A stretch of DNA of 64,000 bases from Promethearchaeota archaeon (GCA_016839585.1 JAEOTZ010000042.1:1-64000), one strand, 5' to 3'; positions 50,574 to 61,949 are shown, numbered from the stretch's first letter. Notes: generated from the sequence alone by a model not told the origin. A program made the numbers and translations.

Positions 50574-50731
50574 ATAAACTTCAATTATGTTAATATGAAA
50601 ACATTTTTAGTATTTATTCCAAAAAATCTTTAATTTCACTAGTAATATCAAAATAATAATTATATAAAATCTGAAAAATAAACAAATTAAACAATATGTT
50701 AAAGAAATTCTTCCACATGGAACATAAAGAT

Positions 50732-51496
50732 TCAATTATTTTGAGTATTAGTAGAATTCAAATATTTTTTTAATTTCATAAATACTTCTGTTGCTTTTCC
50801 TTTTAAAAGAATATCGACAATTGTCTGAGTATATTTGGTTGGTTCAATATTGACTTCAATAATTCGTGCACCTTTTTCTCTTGCAACATACGGAATTAAA
50901 GAAGCAGGAAATATTTCTCCAGTCGTCCCGACTAATATAAATAGTTCTGCCATTGATGTATACTTATTAGAAAGAATCTGAGTTTCAGGTGGAATTGGTT
51001 CATTAAAAAATACAAAATTAGGTTTTAGCAAACCATCACAATGGGGGCAATGAGGAGGTAATTTTTCTTTATTTATAAGTTTATTACTATTAACTTTTTG
51101 AGCACAATTTAAACAAGTTAAGGTTCTTGATGTTCCATGATATTCAACAATATTTTTACTTCCAGCATTTTGATGTAGATTATCTATATTTTGGGTAATT
51201 ATTGCATTAATTAACCCTTTTTTTTCTAATTCTGCAATTATATAATGAGCGTCATTTGGATTTGCTTTATTGAAAAAATCATAAAAAATCTTATATATTA
51301 ATTCCCAGGATTCTTTTGGATGTTCCTTAAAATAGCTCATTAATAAAAAAGATGGATTATATTTGCTCCATAGCCCATTTTCACCGCGAAAGGGTGGGAT
51401 CCCGCTTTCGACGGAAATTCCTGCCCCTGTAAAAAGTACAGTATATTTGGATTCTAAAATCCATTCTGCAGCTAATTGATAGTCATCAATTTTCAA
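50732..51496 (-). CDS. cobB: NAD-dependent deacylase (sirtuin)
   Basis: TGAGISVESGIPPFRG, TQNIDNLH, YHG, two CxxC. Confidence 0.92.
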   Translation of the reverse strand: MKIDDYQLAAEWILESKYTVLFTGAGISVESGIPPFRGENGLWSKYNPSFLLMSYFKEHPKESWELIYKIFYDFFNKANPNDAHYIIAELEKKGLINAIITQNIDNLHQNAGSKNIVEYHGTSRTLTCLNCAQKVNSNKLINKEKLPPHCPHCDGLLKPNFVFFNEPIPPETQILSNKYTSMAELFILVGTTGEIFPASLIPYVAREKGARIIEVNIEPTKYTQTIVDILLKGKATEVFMKLKKYLNSTNTQNN

Positions 51497-51534
51497 GCTA
51501 AATTCACTTTTTAGACAAAATTAATAGTAATATA

Positions 51535-51777
51535 ATGTATATAAATGATATGGAGAAAAATTTTTGTCGCTGGTATGATAAAACCTCAGCAATAAAACGA
51601 GCTTATGATAAAGGATTAATCAATAAGAAATGGGTTGAAAATTATTGTTGGACTGGTGGAAAAAATTGTGTTAGAAAAAGAAGATTTGAAAGGGAAGGAT
51701 ATGTATCTCCTAATTATGTTCTTCCAGATGGAACTGAAGATTCTAAGTTAAAAGAATATTATTCTAATATTCATTAA
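51535..51777 (+). CDS. Small hypothetical protein
   Basis: C.WY...KWVENYC...CVR...LPDG. Confidence 0.6.
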   Translation: MYINDMEKNFCRWYDKTSAIKRAYDKGLINKKWVENYCWTGGKNCVRKRRFEREGYVSPNYVLPDGTEDSKLKEYYSNIH

Positions 51778-51860
51778 ACCTGTTAAAATTAACCCTATTA
51801 ATTAAAAAATCATAAGAACTTTTAAAAAAGCTTAAATTTCTCCTTATTTATTTTCGAATT

Positions 51861-52436
51861 ATGGCAAAGAAAAAAGAGATTGATCCTAAAAATTATGCAC
51901 TATGTTTCATTCCCGTACCTGTTTACCTTATTTCTACAATAAGTGAAGATAATATCTTTAACATTGCTCCTTATGGAATGGTAATGCCTGTTTCTTATAA
52001 CCCATTAATTATTAGTGTCGGATCTGCGAGAAATAGAGATACTTATAAAAATATTGTGGATACTCATGAATTTGTATTAAATGTTCCAAGTACTGAACTT
52101 TTGAGGAAAGTAAATAGAACTGCCGATCCCATTCCATCGGAGGATGACGAATTTATTCATGCCGGACTAACCCCTATCGATTCAAAAACTGTTAAAGCTC
52201 CAAGGATTAAAGAATGTAGCGCTCATTTTGAATGTAAAACGATTTGGATAAGGGAAATATCAAAAGAAGCTAAAAATAGGGATATAATAATAGCAAAAGT
52301 AGTTGCTTTATCTCTTGACAAAAATCTTTTTTTAAAAAACATATGTAAACAAAAAGGACTTATGAGTCCCATATATTATGAGAGAGATTCATATTTTACT
52401 CTTGGATCTTATATAGGAAATCGAAGAATGAGATGA
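51861..52436 (+). CDS. Flavin reductase family protein
   Basis: PVYLIST, NIAPY, DTYKNI..EFVLN, APRIKEC..FEC. Confidence 0.87.
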   Translation: MAKKKEIDPKNYALCFIPVPVYLISTISEDNIFNIAPYGMVMPVSYNPLIISVGSARNRDTYKNIVDTHEFVLNVPSTELLRKVNRTADPIPSEDDEFIHAGLTPIDSKTVKAPRIKECSAHFECKTIWIREISKEAKNRDIIIAKVVALSLDKNLFLKNICKQKGLMSPIYYERDSYFTLGSYIGNRRMR

Positions 52437-52543
52437 ATAAAATAATATTATGTTAATCTGTTCCATGAATATTCTTAAACAGGAAGTTATATCATCCATA
52501 TGAACCGGAATTGATAATATCATAACCTTTGTTTTCTTTAATT

Positions 52544-53185
52544 TTAAATCTCTCCATTTTCCCTTAAAGTATCGATCCATTTCGTCATTAATTGAAGAAA
52601 TTGGTGCCTTGCGGTTCTGATATGTTCAGGAAGTTGGCTAACTAGTTTTCTCTTTTCTTCCATACCGTTGTCTTTGCAGTCCCATATTTTATTAGTCCCA
52701 CAAAAACAGAGAGGCATATCTGATTTTCCATCCCAGTTCTCTGTAGTGAAAAATCCAAGTTTTTTAAGTGGTTTATCAATTGTTACATCTATCTGTATCC
52801 ATTTCCCATTTACTAGAATTTTAATATAGTTATGAAAGTCTATAATTTCATTCTGTTTTAGCATATATTTTAAATCTTCAGAAAAGTTTACTATTTCATA
52901 TCTCCCTGTAGGAAACCATATCAAATCCTTCCAACGTTGCATACAGATCATATCTTTTGTTTTTAATTCGATACCTTTATATAACTCTCTTAATAGGAAA
53001 TGTTTTCCTGAACATGTACCTTTATTTGATTTATAAATATCCATAGGATTTCTAGAACCGATGCTACCAAAGCGAATATCCCTTACTTTTTCAAAAACTT
53101 TTACTATTTGATCATCTATGGATAATTCGTAAATATCCCATGTTTTTAGAATTTTAATTCTTTCTTTTTGACTTAAAAACTCCAT
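52544..53185 (-). CDS. Transglutaminase-like protein
   Basis: C-H-D triad: GTCSGKH, FHNY, WIQIDVT. Confidence 0.7.
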   Translation of the reverse strand: MEFLSQKERIKILKTWDIYELSIDDQIVKVFEKVRDIRFGSIGSRNPMDIYKSNKGTCSGKHFLLRELYKGIELKTKDMICMQRWKDLIWFPTGRYEIVNFSEDLKYMLKQNEIIDFHNYIKILVNGKWIQIDVTIDKPLKKLGFFTTENWDGKSDMPLCFCGTNKIWDCKDNGMEEKRKLVSQLPEHIRTARHQFLQLMTKWIDTLRENGEI

Positions 53186-53235
53186 TTTAAAGAAACCTCC
53201 AATTTTTTCTAAACTTAATATAAAAGAAAAAAAAT

Positions 53236-53973
53236 TTAATACAATCTAAGAATCTGACCACATGAATATTCCCCTAACCCCGAGAGCCAAAGATTTACTG
53301 TCCAAATGATTCTTTTAGGATCATTTTTATAATTAGGTCCAAGAGCTATTCCATTTACAGAAACTCCTTGAGGGATAATATCTGCTGCTATTGAAGTCAT
53401 CATTCCTGTAATTCCACTTGAGCAAGCACTTTCATGGATAGATCCGTTAAGTGTTATGTCTCCTTCTCCTTCTCCTTCTCCAGTATATCCATTGGTTGTA
53501 TTAAAAAAAACTACTCTCCCACTTTCTGCTTGGATCATTAAGGGAACAACGGCTTTCAGCACTAAAAAGTAATTAACTATCCAATCTTGAAATAAGTAAT
53601 CCCATGTTTCTAAAGATAGATCCTCTGGTTTTATATTACGTTTTACATCATCGATATAGTAAGAACAAATCAAATAGTTAATATCACCAAAATAGCTATA
53701 TATTCCTTCAACAGCATCAATTATATTATCTTTATTACCAGATTTTACTATCTTATAAATGACTTCATTGTATTTTTTTAAATTATCCACGTCTCCACTG
53801 TTTTTATGAGAATCAAGATCAATCAAACCTAGATTAACATTTTTTTGAGCAAGAAACTTACTGATCGTTTTTCCAACAAAACTATTTGCTCCAAATATAA
53901 TACAATTCTGTCCTTTATAGAATTGATCCTTGATAATCTTCCACCTCTTTTTAAAGATATGTGATTCCTCCAT
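53236..53973 (-). CDS. Atypical SDR-fold protein
   Basis: IFGANSFVG, GVSVNGIALG; no YxxxK. Confidence 0.7.
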   Translation of the reverse strand: MEESHIFKKRWKIIKDQFYKGQNCIIFGANSFVGKTISKFLAQKNVNLGLIDLDSHKNSGDVDNLKKYNEVIYKIVKSGNKDNIIDAVEGIYSYFGDINYLICSYYIDDVKRNIKPEDLSLETWDYLFQDWIVNYFLVLKAVVPLMIQAESGRVVFFNTTNGYTGEGEGEGDITLNGSIHESACSSGITGMMTSIAADIIPQGVSVNGIALGPNYKNDPKRIIWTVNLWLSGLGEYSCGQILRLY

Positions 53974-54742
53974 CCGAAAGGAGTGTCAAACCGTTAATTT
54001 TCGGTGATTTAGCTAAAGAAAAGTATACATATATCTCTGCCACCTCTTTTGGAGTTATCATTTTACCGGTTCTGGATTTTTTGTTTAATTCTTCGATACC
54101 CTTTTCAACATCCACTCCTCTTGCTTTCATAACTCTCCTTATCATTGGAGTATCACAATGCCTTAAGACTAAAGTAAACGTTCTAATATCATATTCTTTG
54201 TATTTTTTAGAGATGTACTTTGCTAAACCGATAAAACCAGATTTACCAGCAAGATATGGACAAGGAATTCCAGAAGAAGATAAAGGTGCCCCAGTAAAAA
54301 GTATCCTCCCCCATCTATTTTTCTTCATATAGGGAATTGCCATGAGAGTACAATACATTGCACCAGAAAGATCAATCTTAATTGTTTTTAGAAACTCATC
54401 ATAAGAAATTTCAGGAAAATCACCTTTACCGTGAACGGCAGCATTATTGATGAGAATATCTACTCCCTCTTTTTCTTTTGATATCTTCTGGTACATATCT
54501 TTTACTTTTACTTTGCTTGAAATATCACATGGGACTGACATTGATCTTGGTTCTTCATATTGCTCATTTATATAATTAGCTAGTTCTACAGTACTTTTAA
54601 TATCACAAATATAAACAAAAGATCCTAATTCTGCAAATCTTTTACAAATTGCTGAACCGATGCCGCCAGTTGCTCCTGTGACAAGAGTCACTTTCCCTTT
54701 TAAAGACTCTTTCTCTTCGTATGATACATTCTTCTTCTTCAT
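53951..54742 (-). CDS. SDR family oxidoreductase
   Basis: TGATGGIG, LINNA, YLAGK. Confidence 0.87.
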   Translation of the reverse strand: MKKKNVSYEEKESLKGKVTLVTGATGGIGSAICKRFAELGSFVYICDIKSTVELANYINEQYEEPRSMSVPCDISSKVKVKDMYQKISKEKEGVDILINNAAVHGKGDFPEISYDEFLKTIKIDLSGAMYCTLMAIPYMKKNRWGRILFTGAPLSSSGIPCPYLAGKSGFIGLAKYISKKYKEYDIRTFTLVLRHCDTPMIRRVMKARGVDVEKGIEELNKKSRTGKMITPKEVAEIYVYFSLAKSPKINGLTLLSDGGITYL

Positions 54743-55068
54743 TTTAGTAAGTAGTAAAAAACTTGTTCATTTTTGATTTTTATGATCAGCATCTTTTTAT
54801 TCCTTTCATTTTTTAATTCTGGTGGAGGTGATTAAAGAAAATGTGAAAGAAAGTAGAACTTTTGTAGCTCTTATATTATAAGAAATATTCTTATCTTATA
54901 GTTGGAGGGTATATCTATTATCATAAGATTATTTTATCTGATTTTTTATTAGAATTTTTAGAAGCAAATACTTTATTCATGCTTTTATCAAGTTTTCAGT
55001 TAGAATTTTCAATATTTATGTATTTACAAATAAATCTTTAGATATTTATATATACACTTGGAATGTTA

Positions 55069-55509
55069 TCAATCACTTTTCTTTTTGAACTTCTTAATTG
55101 CTCTTCTTAAAGTTCTTACTGCTAATGTTGCACAATGCTTATGATCTTCTGGTAAGCCACCCAAAGAAACATCGATATCTTCAGCTGTTAATTTTTCTGT
55201 AAATTCTAATGATTTTCCTTCAACAAGTATCGTAGTATGGCTAGCGGTTGCTACAGAAGCGCCACAGCCGTCTGTGATAAACCAAGCATTCTTTATAGTT
55301 TTATCTTTAATATTTAAAAAGAATGTCATTGTATCTCCACAAGGACCAGTATATGATTCTGTAATAGATACTTTATTATCAGGGGGTTTTCCCCAATTTT
55401 TGGGTTTATGAAATAAATCAACGATATATTCGTTATATTCTTCTATTTCCTTTTGTTTGATTTCTTCTTGAAGCTTTTTTACGAACTTCTCAAAATTGTC
55501 ATCAACCAT
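55069..55509 (-). CDS. iscU: Fe-S cluster scaffold, IscU/NifU family
   Basis: GPCGD, GCGAS, HKHCA. Confidence 0.88.
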   Translation of the reverse strand: MVDDNFEKFVKKLQEEIKQKEIEEYNEYIVDLFHKPKNWGKPPDNKVSITESYTGPCGDTMTFFLNIKDKTIKNAWFITDGCGASVATASHTTILVEGKSLEFTEKLTAEDIDVSLGGLPEDHKHCATLAVRTLRRAIKKFKKKSD

Positions 55510-55686
55510 TTTTTTACCATTCGTATTCTAATATTCTTATTAAAAATATCATTTATAATAATCACTCTTTTTAAAACAAAACATAAATTAGAAAAATATA
55601 GTAAATTTATCTTATACAGATAAATTAATGAATTTTATTTTAGAAAAATAATAACATCTAAGGATAGGATTACTAATAATTAGTAG

Positions 55687-56892
55687 GTGAATAACATTTC
55701 AGGGGATAAAATAAAAAATATAATTGCTATGGCAAATTATTGTTATAGTTGTAATCGATGTGTTAATGTATGTCCACTTTCCCACATAGATGTTTTCTAT
55801 CCCCAAAAATTGGTAGTAGATTTACTTTTTTCACCATTAAAAGAGGTTTTAGAAAATCATAATATATGGGATTGTCTTACGTGTGGTCAATGCACCAATT
55901 ACTGTCCAATGACTCAAGAAAGAGTTGGTGTGAGATTCCCAGAATTAATATTAGAATTGAGAAAACTAGCTTTTAATGACATAACTCAATTAGATAAAAT
56001 CATTCAGTGTGAAACACATGATGAAATATTTCCACTCATTTCAAAAATTATGTCGGATGATAACTTACATCCCAATAAATTGGAATTTTTGGAAAAGACC
56101 TCTTTAAAGACGATAAATTCAGGTGAAATTGCATATTTTGTTGGATGTTTACCTCTTATGGAAACTATTTTTTATAAATCAGATATCAAATATATAAATA
56201 CACCAAAGACTATAATAGGTCTACTTAATGAAGCAAATATCGTGCCGGTTGTATTGAATGAAAAATGCTGTGGACATGATACTTTATGGAGAGGGGATAT
56301 TAATACCTTTAAAAAGCTCGCCGAATATAATGTTAAACTTTATAGAGATGCTGGGGTTAAAACAATTATCTTAGGATGTGCTGAAGGATATAGGACTTGG
56401 AAGTTTGATTATCCAAAGATTATAAAAGATTATGACTTTAAGATTATACATTTCTCTGAGTTTTTTCTCAAAGAAAAAATCCTTGATAATGTTAGATTTC
56501 CACAAGAAACAAAGATAAAAGTTACATATCACGATGCATGCCGATTAGGACGCTTAGGAGGAAAATTATATGATGCTCCACGGGAATTACTTAAACAAAT
56601 TCCTGGAGTTGAACTAATTGAAATGGAAAATATTAGAGATGATGCAAATTGCTGTGGGGTCTCAGCTTTTATGGGATGTAATGAATCAACTCGTATTTTT
56701 AGACAGAACCGCATTAATGAAGCATTGGAAACAGGGGCTGAATATTTACTTGTGCCTTGTCCAAAGTGTTTAACACATTTCGATTGTTATCTTAATGAAC
56801 CATCCTTAGAAGATGATAATAAAAATTTAATAAATAAAATTAAAGTTGTAGATTTAGCAAGCTTTATTGGAGAATTACTTTTCCTTGTTTAG
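55687..56892 (+). CDS. HdrD-like (HdrC + 2 CCG) Fe-S protein
   Basis: CYSCNRC, CLTCGQC, FVGC, CCG, YHDAC, CCG, CPKC. Confidence 0.85.
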   Translation: MNNISGDKIKNIIAMANYCYSCNRCVNVCPLSHIDVFYPQKLVVDLLFSPLKEVLENHNIWDCLTCGQCTNYCPMTQERVGVRFPELILELRKLAFNDITQLDKIIQCETHDEIFPLISKIMSDDNLHPNKLEFLEKTSLKTINSGEIAYFVGCLPLMETIFYKSDIKYINTPKTIIGLLNEANIVPVVLNEKCCGHDTLWRGDINTFKKLAEYNVKLYRDAGVKTIILGCAEGYRTWKFDYPKIIKDYDFKIIHFSEFFLKEKILDNVRFPQETKIKVTYHDACRLGRLGGKLYDAPRELLKQIPGVELIEMENIRDDANCCGVSAFMGCNESTRIFRQNRINEALETGAEYLLVPCPKCLTHFDCYLNEPSLEDDNKNLINKIKVVDLASFIGELLFLV

Positions 56893-56980
56893 AAACGACA
56901 AAGTGTATAAAAAATGATATATAACTTTTTTTTAAAAAACCGTATGAACTTAAGGAATTTTCAATAATAGAGGGATATAA

Positions 56981-59900
56981 TTGAGCGAAAAAAATAAAGT
57001 GGGGTCTGTAATGATTGTTGGAGCAGGGATAGGGGGATGCCAAGCGGCATTAGACTTAGCAGATTCTGGTATCAAGGTCTATCTTGTTGACAAGGAACCT
57101 TCCATCGGAGGAGTTATGGCCCAATTAGATAAAACATTCCCAACAAATGACTGTTCGATGTGCATTTTAGCTCCAAAACTCGTAGCTGTAGATAGACATC
57201 CTAATATTGAATTGATTACCTATGCAGATGTCCTAAATCTGGAGGGTGAAGCGGGTAATTTTAATGCAACGATTAATAAAAAAACAAGATATATTCATGA
57301 AGATAAATGTACGGGTTGTGGGGATTGCGTTCAGGAATGCCCTGTTCAAGTTCCTGATGAATTCAATCAGAAATTGAATAATAGAAAGGCAATATATCTT
57401 CAATTTCCCCAAGCTGTTCCTTTTAAAGTATTAATTGATAAGCAAGGGATTCCTCCTTGTAAGGATGCGTGTCCTGCTCACGTAAATGCCCAAGGATATA
57501 TTGCTTTAATTTCTAAAAAAAGTTATCAAGAAGCCTTGAATCTAATTAGAGAAAGATGTCCCCTACCCTCTGTTATAGGTCGCATTTGTCCTCGATTCTG
57601 TGAAATGGTGTGTAATAGAGCTGAATTAGATACTCCTATTAATATCTGCGGTTTAAAAAGATTTGTAGCTGATTATGTAAGGGATAATCTTGAGGAAGAG
57701 ATCATATTCTTAGAAGATCAAAAGGAAGAAAAGGTTGCCATTGTTGGCTCAGGTCCAGCTGGACTTACTGTTGCATATCATCTTGCAAGACGTGGATATT
57801 CCGTAACTATTTTTGAAAAAGAAGCTTTTGCTGGTGGAATGCTAAGACTAGGGATTCCAGATTACAGGTTACCCCCAGATATTTTAGAAAGTGATATTGA
57901 ACATATTAAGAAATTTGGGGTTGAGATAAAAACTAATACACCAATAGGTTCTGATTTAACTTTTGAAGATTTGAAAAAACAGGGTTTTAAAGCTATATTT
58001 ATAGCTATAGGTCTTCATAATAGTCGTAAAATGGATTTTGAATGTAAAGATATTGAAGATGTAATATATGGTGTTGAGTTTCTAAAAGAATTAAATTTAT
58101 CCAGAAATGTACCTAATCTTAAAGATAAAATTGTAGGAGTAGTGGGCGGAGGAGATGTTGCAATGGATGCAGCACGATCATCAATAAGATTAGGCGCTAA
58201 AAAAGTCATAATTATCTATAGACGATCTGAACAAGAAATGCCCGCTTCAAGGGAAGAAATAGAAAGAGCAAGAGAAGAGGGTATTGAATTCAAATTTTTA
58301 ACAGTTCCTACCAGAGATGCCAGTGGTAAGGGGGGTAAACTTTCTGAAATTGAATGTGTTGAAATGAAACTTGGTGAACCGGATGAATCTGGAAGGCGAA
58401 GACCTATTTCAATTGAAGGTTCTGAATTCAAAATGAAGATAGATACTTTAATCCTTTCTATAGGACAAGAACCAGATTGCTCTCTAATAGAATCTGCTTC
58501 TAAAAAGAAATTAAATATTAATAAATGGGGTTACATTGAATCAGATAAAATATCTTTTGAAACTAATATCCCTGGCGTGTTTGCTGGTGGAGAGATCGTT
58601 GAGGGCGCTGGTTCTGCTATAGAAGCGATAGCAACAGGAAATAAAGCTGCTATAGTGATAGAGAAATATCTAAAAGGAGAAGATATTTCCGAATTAAAAG
58701 AAACCATTCCAGATTATAAAGTAACGGATATAATTACTAGTGCTGGTATTCAAGATATTGAGAGTTTTTCATGTCAAGATAGGAATGAGTTCACAATATG
58801 TCTACCAGAGGAACGTATATACAATTTTAATGAAGTCGCTAATGGTATGGATGAAGAATCTTCTATTGAAGAAGCATTACGTTGTCTCAATTGCGGATCT
58901 TGCTGTGAGTGCTTTGAATGCGTGAGAGCATGTCAAGCTGACGCTGTTGATCATAGCTTAACTGATGAGACTATTTCTATCAATATTGGGGCTGTGATAT
59001 TAGCTCTTGGCTCTGATGAATATAGACCAAAAATAGGGAATGTTTATGGATATGGTGAATATCCAAATGTTATAACAAGTATAGAATTAGAACGTATACT
59101 CAATGCATCTGGTCCATTTAATGGAGAAGTCATTCGTCTTTCAGATAACACACATCCTAAAAAAATAGCATTTCTGCAATGTATTGGTTCTCGAGATAAA
59201 AAAATAGGTCATGAATATTGTTCTTCAATGTGTTGTATGTATACTACAAAAGAGGCTGTTATAGCTAAAGAGCATTTGAGTACTCTTGAACCCACTATTT
59301 TTAGCATGGATATAAGAGCATACGGAAAAGATTTTGACAAATATATTGAACGAGCTAAAGAAGATTATGGTGTAAGATATATTAGAAGTAGAATAGCTGC
59401 TATTAAAGAAATACCGGAATCTAATGATTTAAAAATTAGGTATGAGACTGAAGAAGGAAAAATTATCGAAGAAATTTTTAACATGGTTGTTCTGTCCGTA
59501 GGATTACAACCTAATCCAAATACTGCAGCATTTGCAAAAAAATTAAATATTGAATTAAATGAATATGGTTTTTGTAAGACTACCAATTTTAATCCAATTG
59601 AGACTTCGCGACCAGGAATATATGTATGCGGAACATTTAAAGAGCCTAAGGATATTCCAGAAACCGTTATTGAAGCTAGTGCGGCTGCTGGAGCTGTTAA
59701 TGTTCTATTATCTGATGTTAGAAATACATTAATTGCTGAAAAGAAAGATTATGAAGAAATTGACATCAGTGGAGAGCCACCTCGAATTGGAGTCTTTATT
59801 TGCCATTGTGGAATTAATATTGGAGGTGTTGTTGATGTTCCTGAAGTAGTTGAATACGCAAGCAAATTACCAGATGTAGTTTATTCTGAAAGAAATTTAT

Positions 59901-61927
59901 ATACTTGCTCAGCTGATACACAAACGATTATTAAAGAAAAAATAAAAGAAAATCATTTAAATAGAGTAATCGTTGCTTCTTGTACGCCTAGAACACATGA
60001 ACCATTATTCCAAGCAACTATTAGAGAAGCAGGTTTAAACAAATATCTTTTTGATTTAGCAAATATTAGGGATCAATGCTCCTGGGTACATAAGCATGAA
60101 CCAGAGGAAGCTACAATGAAAGCTAAAGATTTAGTTAGAATGTCTGTTGCTAAAGCTAGAAATTTAGTTCCTTTAAAAGAACAAAAAGTAGAAGTAATTC
60201 ATAAAGGAATAGTTATTGGAGGTGGCGTAGCAGGAATGACTGCTGCTTTAAATTTAGCAGATCAAGGGTATGATATATATCTAATAGAAAAAAATGATAA
60301 ATTGGGGGGTATCGCAAATTCTATTTATCAAACTTTGGAAAACAATGATGTTCAAAAATTAATTGGAAATTTAATAGAAAAAGTAAACAATCATAAATTA
60401 ATTACCGTTTTTCTCGAAGCTAATATTAATTCTGTAAGTGGATATATAGGAAATTTTACCACAGATATAACCTATGGTAAAAAAAAAGAAGAGAAGAAAT
60501 TTGATCATGGGATTATTATTGTAGCTACAGGAGCAAAAGAATATATACCTAAGGATGATGAATTTCTATTTAATCAAGATAAAAGAATTACAACCCAGTC
60601 AAACCTAGAAGAAATTCTTTTTACAAACGAAAAAAAGATAAGAGAATTGAAATCAATTGTAATGATCCAATGTATTGGATCTAGAAACGAAGAACATCCT
60701 TATTGCAGCAGGATGTGCTGCGCAGAAGCTATAAAAAATGCGTTAAAAGCAAAAGAGATTAACCCAGATATCAATATTATAATTTTATTTCGTGATATTA
60801 GGACTTATGGCTTTAAGGAAAAATACTATAATTTAGCCAGAGAAAAAGGAATAATTTTCATCAGGTTTGATGAAAAAAAGCCACCCGAAGTTGTTAAAGA
60901 GGATAATCAATTACAAGTCTTACTAAATAAGCCAGATGTAGGAGAACTTAAAATTAATTCTGATTTAATAGTATTAAGTGCAGGAATTGTACCTCCTGAA
61001 GGAAATTCAGAGTTAGCTAAAATACTAAAAGTCCCTCTTAATGAGGACAATTTCTTTTTAGAAGCTCATGTTAAATTGAGACCATCTGATTTTGCAACAG
61101 ATGGAATCTTTTTATGTGGAACTGCACGAGGAGCGGCCAATATAAGCGAAAGTATAGCTCAAGCGAATTCTGCCGCTGCTAGAGCAATGACAATATTATC
61201 AAAAGAGATTTTGGAAACAGAAGGCATAACTTCCTATGTTAATGAAGATAAATGCATAGGTTGTGGTCGATGTGCTGAAGTTTGTCCTTATAATGCTATT
61301 GAATTGGTTGAGACTACAAAACAAATGGGTTTATATAGTAATGACATAAAAAAAGCTCAAGTAATTAAAGCTGTTTGTAAAGGCTGTGGAACATGCTTCG
61401 CAGAATGTCCTACCTCTGCAATTTCGATGAGTCATTTTGGAAATGCGCAGATTAAGCCAATGATTGAGGAAGCTGTGAAATCTGATGAGATCGGTTGGGA
61501 ACCACGAATAATTGCGTTTCTCTGTAATTGGTGTTCTTATGCTGGCGCTGATTTAGCTGGTGTAAGTCGATATCAGTATCCTCCAAATGTAAGGGTTATA
61601 AGAGTAATGTGCTCGGGAGGTATGTCTAAAAGTTTCATTTTACAAGCATTTTTAGAGGGTGCAGACGGAATATTTATAGCAGGGTGTCATCTAGGGGATT
61701 GCCATTACATTAGTGGAAATGAAAATGCCTATCTCCGCTTGGAAAATCTTAAAGAATTATTAAAAATGATTGGAATTGAAGAAGAAAGAATTCAAATTAA
61801 TCAGATTTCCGCGAGTGAGGGAAAACAATTCTCAGAACTTATAACTGAATTTACAGATAAGATCAAAGCATTAGGAGAATCGAAGATGCCTAAGAAAATA
61901 AGTAAAGCGAAAATTGAATCTAGCTAG
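56981..61927 (+). CDS. hdrA: Large HdrA-like (HdrL-type) flavoprotein: HdrA with GltD-like NAD(P)H module, second HdrA module and fused MvhD
   Basis: LDKTFPTNDCSMC; GRICPRFCE/GSGPAG/GGGDVAMD; QCIGSR twice; GVFICHCG; C-terminal FLCNWCSYAGAD..GCHLGDCHY. Confidence 0.88.
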   Translation: MSEKNKVGSVMIVGAGIGGCQAALDLADSGIKVYLVDKEPSIGGVMAQLDKTFPTNDCSMCILAPKLVAVDRHPNIELITYADVLNLEGEAGNFNATINKKTRYIHEDKCTGCGDCVQECPVQVPDEFNQKLNNRKAIYLQFPQAVPFKVLIDKQGIPPCKDACPAHVNAQGYIALISKKSYQEALNLIRERCPLPSVIGRICPRFCEMVCNRAELDTPINICGLKRFVADYVRDNLEEEIIFLEDQKEEKVAIVGSGPAGLTVAYHLARRGYSVTIFEKEAFAGGMLRLGIPDYRLPPDILESDIEHIKKFGVEIKTNTPIGSDLTFEDLKKQGFKAIFIAIGLHNSRKMDFECKDIEDVIYGVEFLKELNLSRNVPNLKDKIVGVVGGGDVAMDAARSSIRLGAKKVIIIYRRSEQEMPASREEIERAREEGIEFKFLTVPTRDASGKGGKLSEIECVEMKLGEPDESGRRRPISIEGSEFKMKIDTLILSIGQEPDCSLIESASKKKLNINKWGYIESDKISFETNIPGVFAGGEIVEGAGSAIEAIATGNKAAIVIEKYLKGEDISELKETIPDYKVTDIITSAGIQDIESFSCQDRNEFTICLPEERIYNFNEVANGMDEESSIEEALRCLNCGSCCECFECVRACQADAVDHSLTDETISINIGAVILALGSDEYRPKIGNVYGYGEYPNVITSIELERILNASGPFNGEVIRLSDNTHPKKIAFLQCIGSRDKKIGHEYCSSMCCMYTTKEAVIAKEHLSTLEPTIFSMDIRAYGKDFDKYIERAKEDYGVRYIRSRIAAIKEIPESNDLKIRYETEEGKIIEEIFNMVVLSVGLQPNPNTAAFAKKLNIELNEYGFCKTTNFNPIETSRPGIYVCGTFKEPKDIPETVIEASAAAGAVNVLLSDVRNTLIAEKKDYEEIDISGEPPRIGVFICHCGINIGGVVDVPEVVEYASKLPDVVYSERNLYTCSADTQTIIKEKIKENHLNRVIVASCTPRTHEPLFQATIREAGLNKYLFDLANIRDQCSWVHKHEPEEATMKAKDLVRMSVAKARNLVPLKEQKVEVIHKGIVIGGGVAGMTAALNLADQGYDIYLIEKNDKLGGIANSIYQTLENNDVQKLIGNLIEKVNNHKLITVFLEANINSVSGYIGNFTTDITYGKKKEEKKFDHGIIIVATGAKEYIPKDDEFLFNQDKRITTQSNLEEILFTNEKKIRELKSIVMIQCIGSRNEEHPYCSRMCCAEAIKNALKAKEINPDINIIILFRDIRTYGFKEKYYNLAREKGIIFIRFDEKKPPEVVKEDNQLQVLLNKPDVGELKINSDLIVLSAGIVPPEGNSELAKILKVPLNEDNFFLEAHVKLRPSDFATDGIFLCGTARGAANISESIAQANSAAARAMTILSKEILETEGITSYVNEDKCIGCGRCAEVCPYNAIELVETTKQMGLYSNDIKKAQVIKAVCKGCGTCFAECPTSAISMSHFGNAQIKPMIEEAVKSDEIGWEPRIIAFLCNWCSYAGADLAGVSRYQYPPNVRVIRVMCSGGMSKSFILQAFLEGADGIFIAGCHLGDCHYISGNENAYLRLENLKELLKMIGIEEERIQINQISASEGKQFSELITEFTDKIKALGESKMPKKISKAKIESS

Positions 61928-61949
61928 TTAAATAATAAAAAAATTTTAT

